NCBI GenBank assembly: GCA_964035575.1
Contig: OZ037834.1
Coordinates: 310,001-374,000 of the forward strand
Source of the DNA: Rhynchopus sp. YZ270_cl-10
Taxonomy: Eukaryota
Reading direction: 5' to 3'
Length of the DNA stretch: 64,000 nt
This document shows positions 59,901 through 62,900 of this stretch, piece by piece. The translations under genes and the position numbers were made by a program. The notes under the pieces were generated by a model. That model had not been told where the DNA came from. It saw only the letters and a list, made by a program, of their open reading frames with translations, and ran no database searches. Each line of letters begins with the position of its first letter. The first letter of the stretch is position 1.

Positions 59901-62900
59901 CGGTTCTTCAACAGCAGCATCTGCGACGTGTGTGTGCAACGAATGCCTTGCGAATGGCATCACCTGCACAGGAGCCGACCAGACCTGCTTCGACAGCGAC
60001 CAGACTTGCCCTCCGAAGAGTGATTGGGTGTGCACATGCAAGGCTCCATCTGCGAGTGAGAAGGTTGCTGGTGTTGCCATCTGCGAGTACGATGAGTGCA
60101 CTGAGAAGGCCATTACGTGCACAGGTGCAGGTCAGACCTGCGAGGACAAGCTCCTGACCACACCTGACGACTGGGTTTGCACCTGTCCTCCACCGTCGCA
60201 CGGTGATGCTGTTGCTGACAAGGCTGACTGTGTCTTGGATGAGTGCATTGAGACATGCCCGACCTGTGCAAATGCAACCTGTTCCAGTGTGGGTCAGACT
60301 TGCATTGACCCCGACACGAGCTCGCTTGTGCTGAACGACTGGCTGTGCAAGTGCACAGTTGGTACTGGCAGCGCCACAGGAACAGCAGCAGCATGCATCT
60401 GCAACGAGTGTGATGTGCACAACGCAACATGTGCTGCAGCAGGACAGACTTGTTTCGAACCGAACGATCTTTGTGCTGTACCTGATGACTGGTTGTGCAA
60501 GTGCTCGCCACCTTCTATTTCAGAGAAACTTGGTGGGGTTGCGATCTGCAGATACGACGAATGTGACGAGAAGGGAGGTATCTGTACGTCAGCATCGCAG
60601 ACTTGCACAGACCCTGATGACACCGTTTACGACAACTGGTTCTGTACTTGCCAGTCTCCGAAGTCCGGTGTTGCGACTGCAGCAGCAGCCGACTGCACAA
60701 TTGACGAATGCACGGAGACCTGTGCAACTTGTTCTGCCGACACCTGCACTTCAGTTGGCCAGACGTGCACCGACCCCAACACTGACGACGGATCACTGGG
60801 TGACTGGACCTGCACTTGCGTATTGCCTGGTATCGGTTCTTCAACAGCAGCATCTGCGACGTGTGTGTGCAACGAATGCCTTGCGAATGGCATCACCTGC
60901 ACAGGAGCCGACCAGACCTGCTTCGACAGCGACCAGACTTGCCCTCCGAAGAGTGACTGGGTGTGCACATGCAAGGCTCCATCTGCGAGTGAGAAGGTTG
61001 CTGGTGTTGCCATCTGCGAGTACGATGAGTGCACTGAGAAGGCCATTACGTGCACAGGTGCAGGCCAGACCTGCGAGGACAAGCTCCTTACTACACCTGA
61101 CGACTGGGTGTGCACCTGTCCTCCACCGTCACACGGTGATGCTGTTGCTGACAAGGCTGACTGTGTTTTGGATGAGTGCATTGAGACATGCCCGACCTGT
61201 GCAAATGCAACCTGTTCCAGTGTGGGTCAGACTTGCATTGACCCCGACACGAACTCGCTTGTGCTGAACGACTGGCTGTGCAAGTGCACAGTTGGTACTG
61301 GCAGCGCAACAGGAACAGCTGCAGCATGCATCTGCAACGAGTGTGATGTGCACAACGCAACATGTGCTGCAGCAGGACAGACTTGTTTCGAACCGAACGA
61401 TCTCTGTGCTGTACCTAACGACTGGTTGTGCAAGTGCTCGCCACCTTCTATTTCAGAGAAACTTGGCGGAGTTGCGATCTGCAGATACGACGAATGTGAC
61501 GAGAAGGGAGGTATCTGTACTTCAGCATCGCAGACTTGCACAGACCCTGATGACACCGTTTACGACAACTGGCTCTGTACTTGCCAGTCTCCGAAGTCTG
61601 GTGTTGCGACTGCAGCAGCAGCCGACTGCACAATTGATGAGTGCACGGAGACCTGTGCAACTTGTTCTGCTGACACGTGCACTTCAGTTGGCCAGACGTG
61701 CACCGACCCCAACACTGACGACGGATCTCTTGGTGACTGGACTTGTGACTGTGTGTTGCCTGGTGTTGGCACTTCAACAGCAGCATCTGCGACGTGTGTG
61801 TGCAACGAATGCCTTGCGAATGGCATCACCTGCACAGGAGCCGACCAGACTTGCTTCGACAGCGACCAGACTTGCCCTCCGAAGAGTGATTGGGTGTGTA
61901 CATGCAAGGCTCCATCTGCGAGTGAGAAGGTTGCTGGTGTTGCCATCTGCGAGTACGATGAGTGCACTGAACAATCGATCACCTGCACAGGTGCAGGCCA
62001 GACCTGCGAGGACAAGCTACTTACTACACCTGACGACTGGGTCTGCACCTGTCCTCCACCGTCACACGGTGATGCTGTTGCTGACAAGGCTGACTGTGTC
62101 TTGGATGAGTGCATTGAGACATGCCCGACCTGTGCAAATGCAACCTGTTCCAGTGTGGGTCAGACTTGCATTGACCCGGACACGAACTCGCTTGTGCTGA
62201 ACGACTGGCTGTGCAAGTGCACAGTTGGTACTGGCAGCGCCACAGGAACAGCTGCAGCATGCATCTGCAACGAGTGTGATGTGCACAACGTAACATGTGC
62301 TGCAGCAGGACAGACTTGTTTCGAACCGAACGATCTTTGTGCTGTACCTAACGACTGGTTGTGCAAGTGCTCGCCACCTTCTATTTCAGAGAAACTTGGT
62401 GGGGTTGCGATCTGCAGATACGACGAATGTGACGAGAAGGGAGGTATCTGTACTTCAGCATCGCAGACTTGCACAGACCCTGATGACACCGTTTACGATA
62501 ACTGGTTCTGTACTTGCCAGTCTCCGAAGTCTGGTGTTGCGACTGCAGCAACAGCGAACTGCACAATTGACGAATGCACGGAGACCTGTGCAACTTGTTC
62601 TGCCGACACCTGCACTTCAGTTGGCCAGACGTGCACCGACCCCAACACTGACGACGGATCACTGGGTGACTGGACCTGCACTTGCGTATTGCCTGGTATC
62701 GGTTCTTCAACAGCAGCATCTGCGACGTGTGTGTGCAACGAATGCCTTGCGAATGGCATCACCTGCACAGGAGCCGACCAGACCTGCTTCGACAGCGACC
62801 AGACTTGCCCTCCGAAGAGTGATTGGGTGTGCACATGCAAGGCTCCATCTGCGAGTGAGAAGGTTGCTGGTGTTGCCATCTGCGAGTACGATGAGTGCAC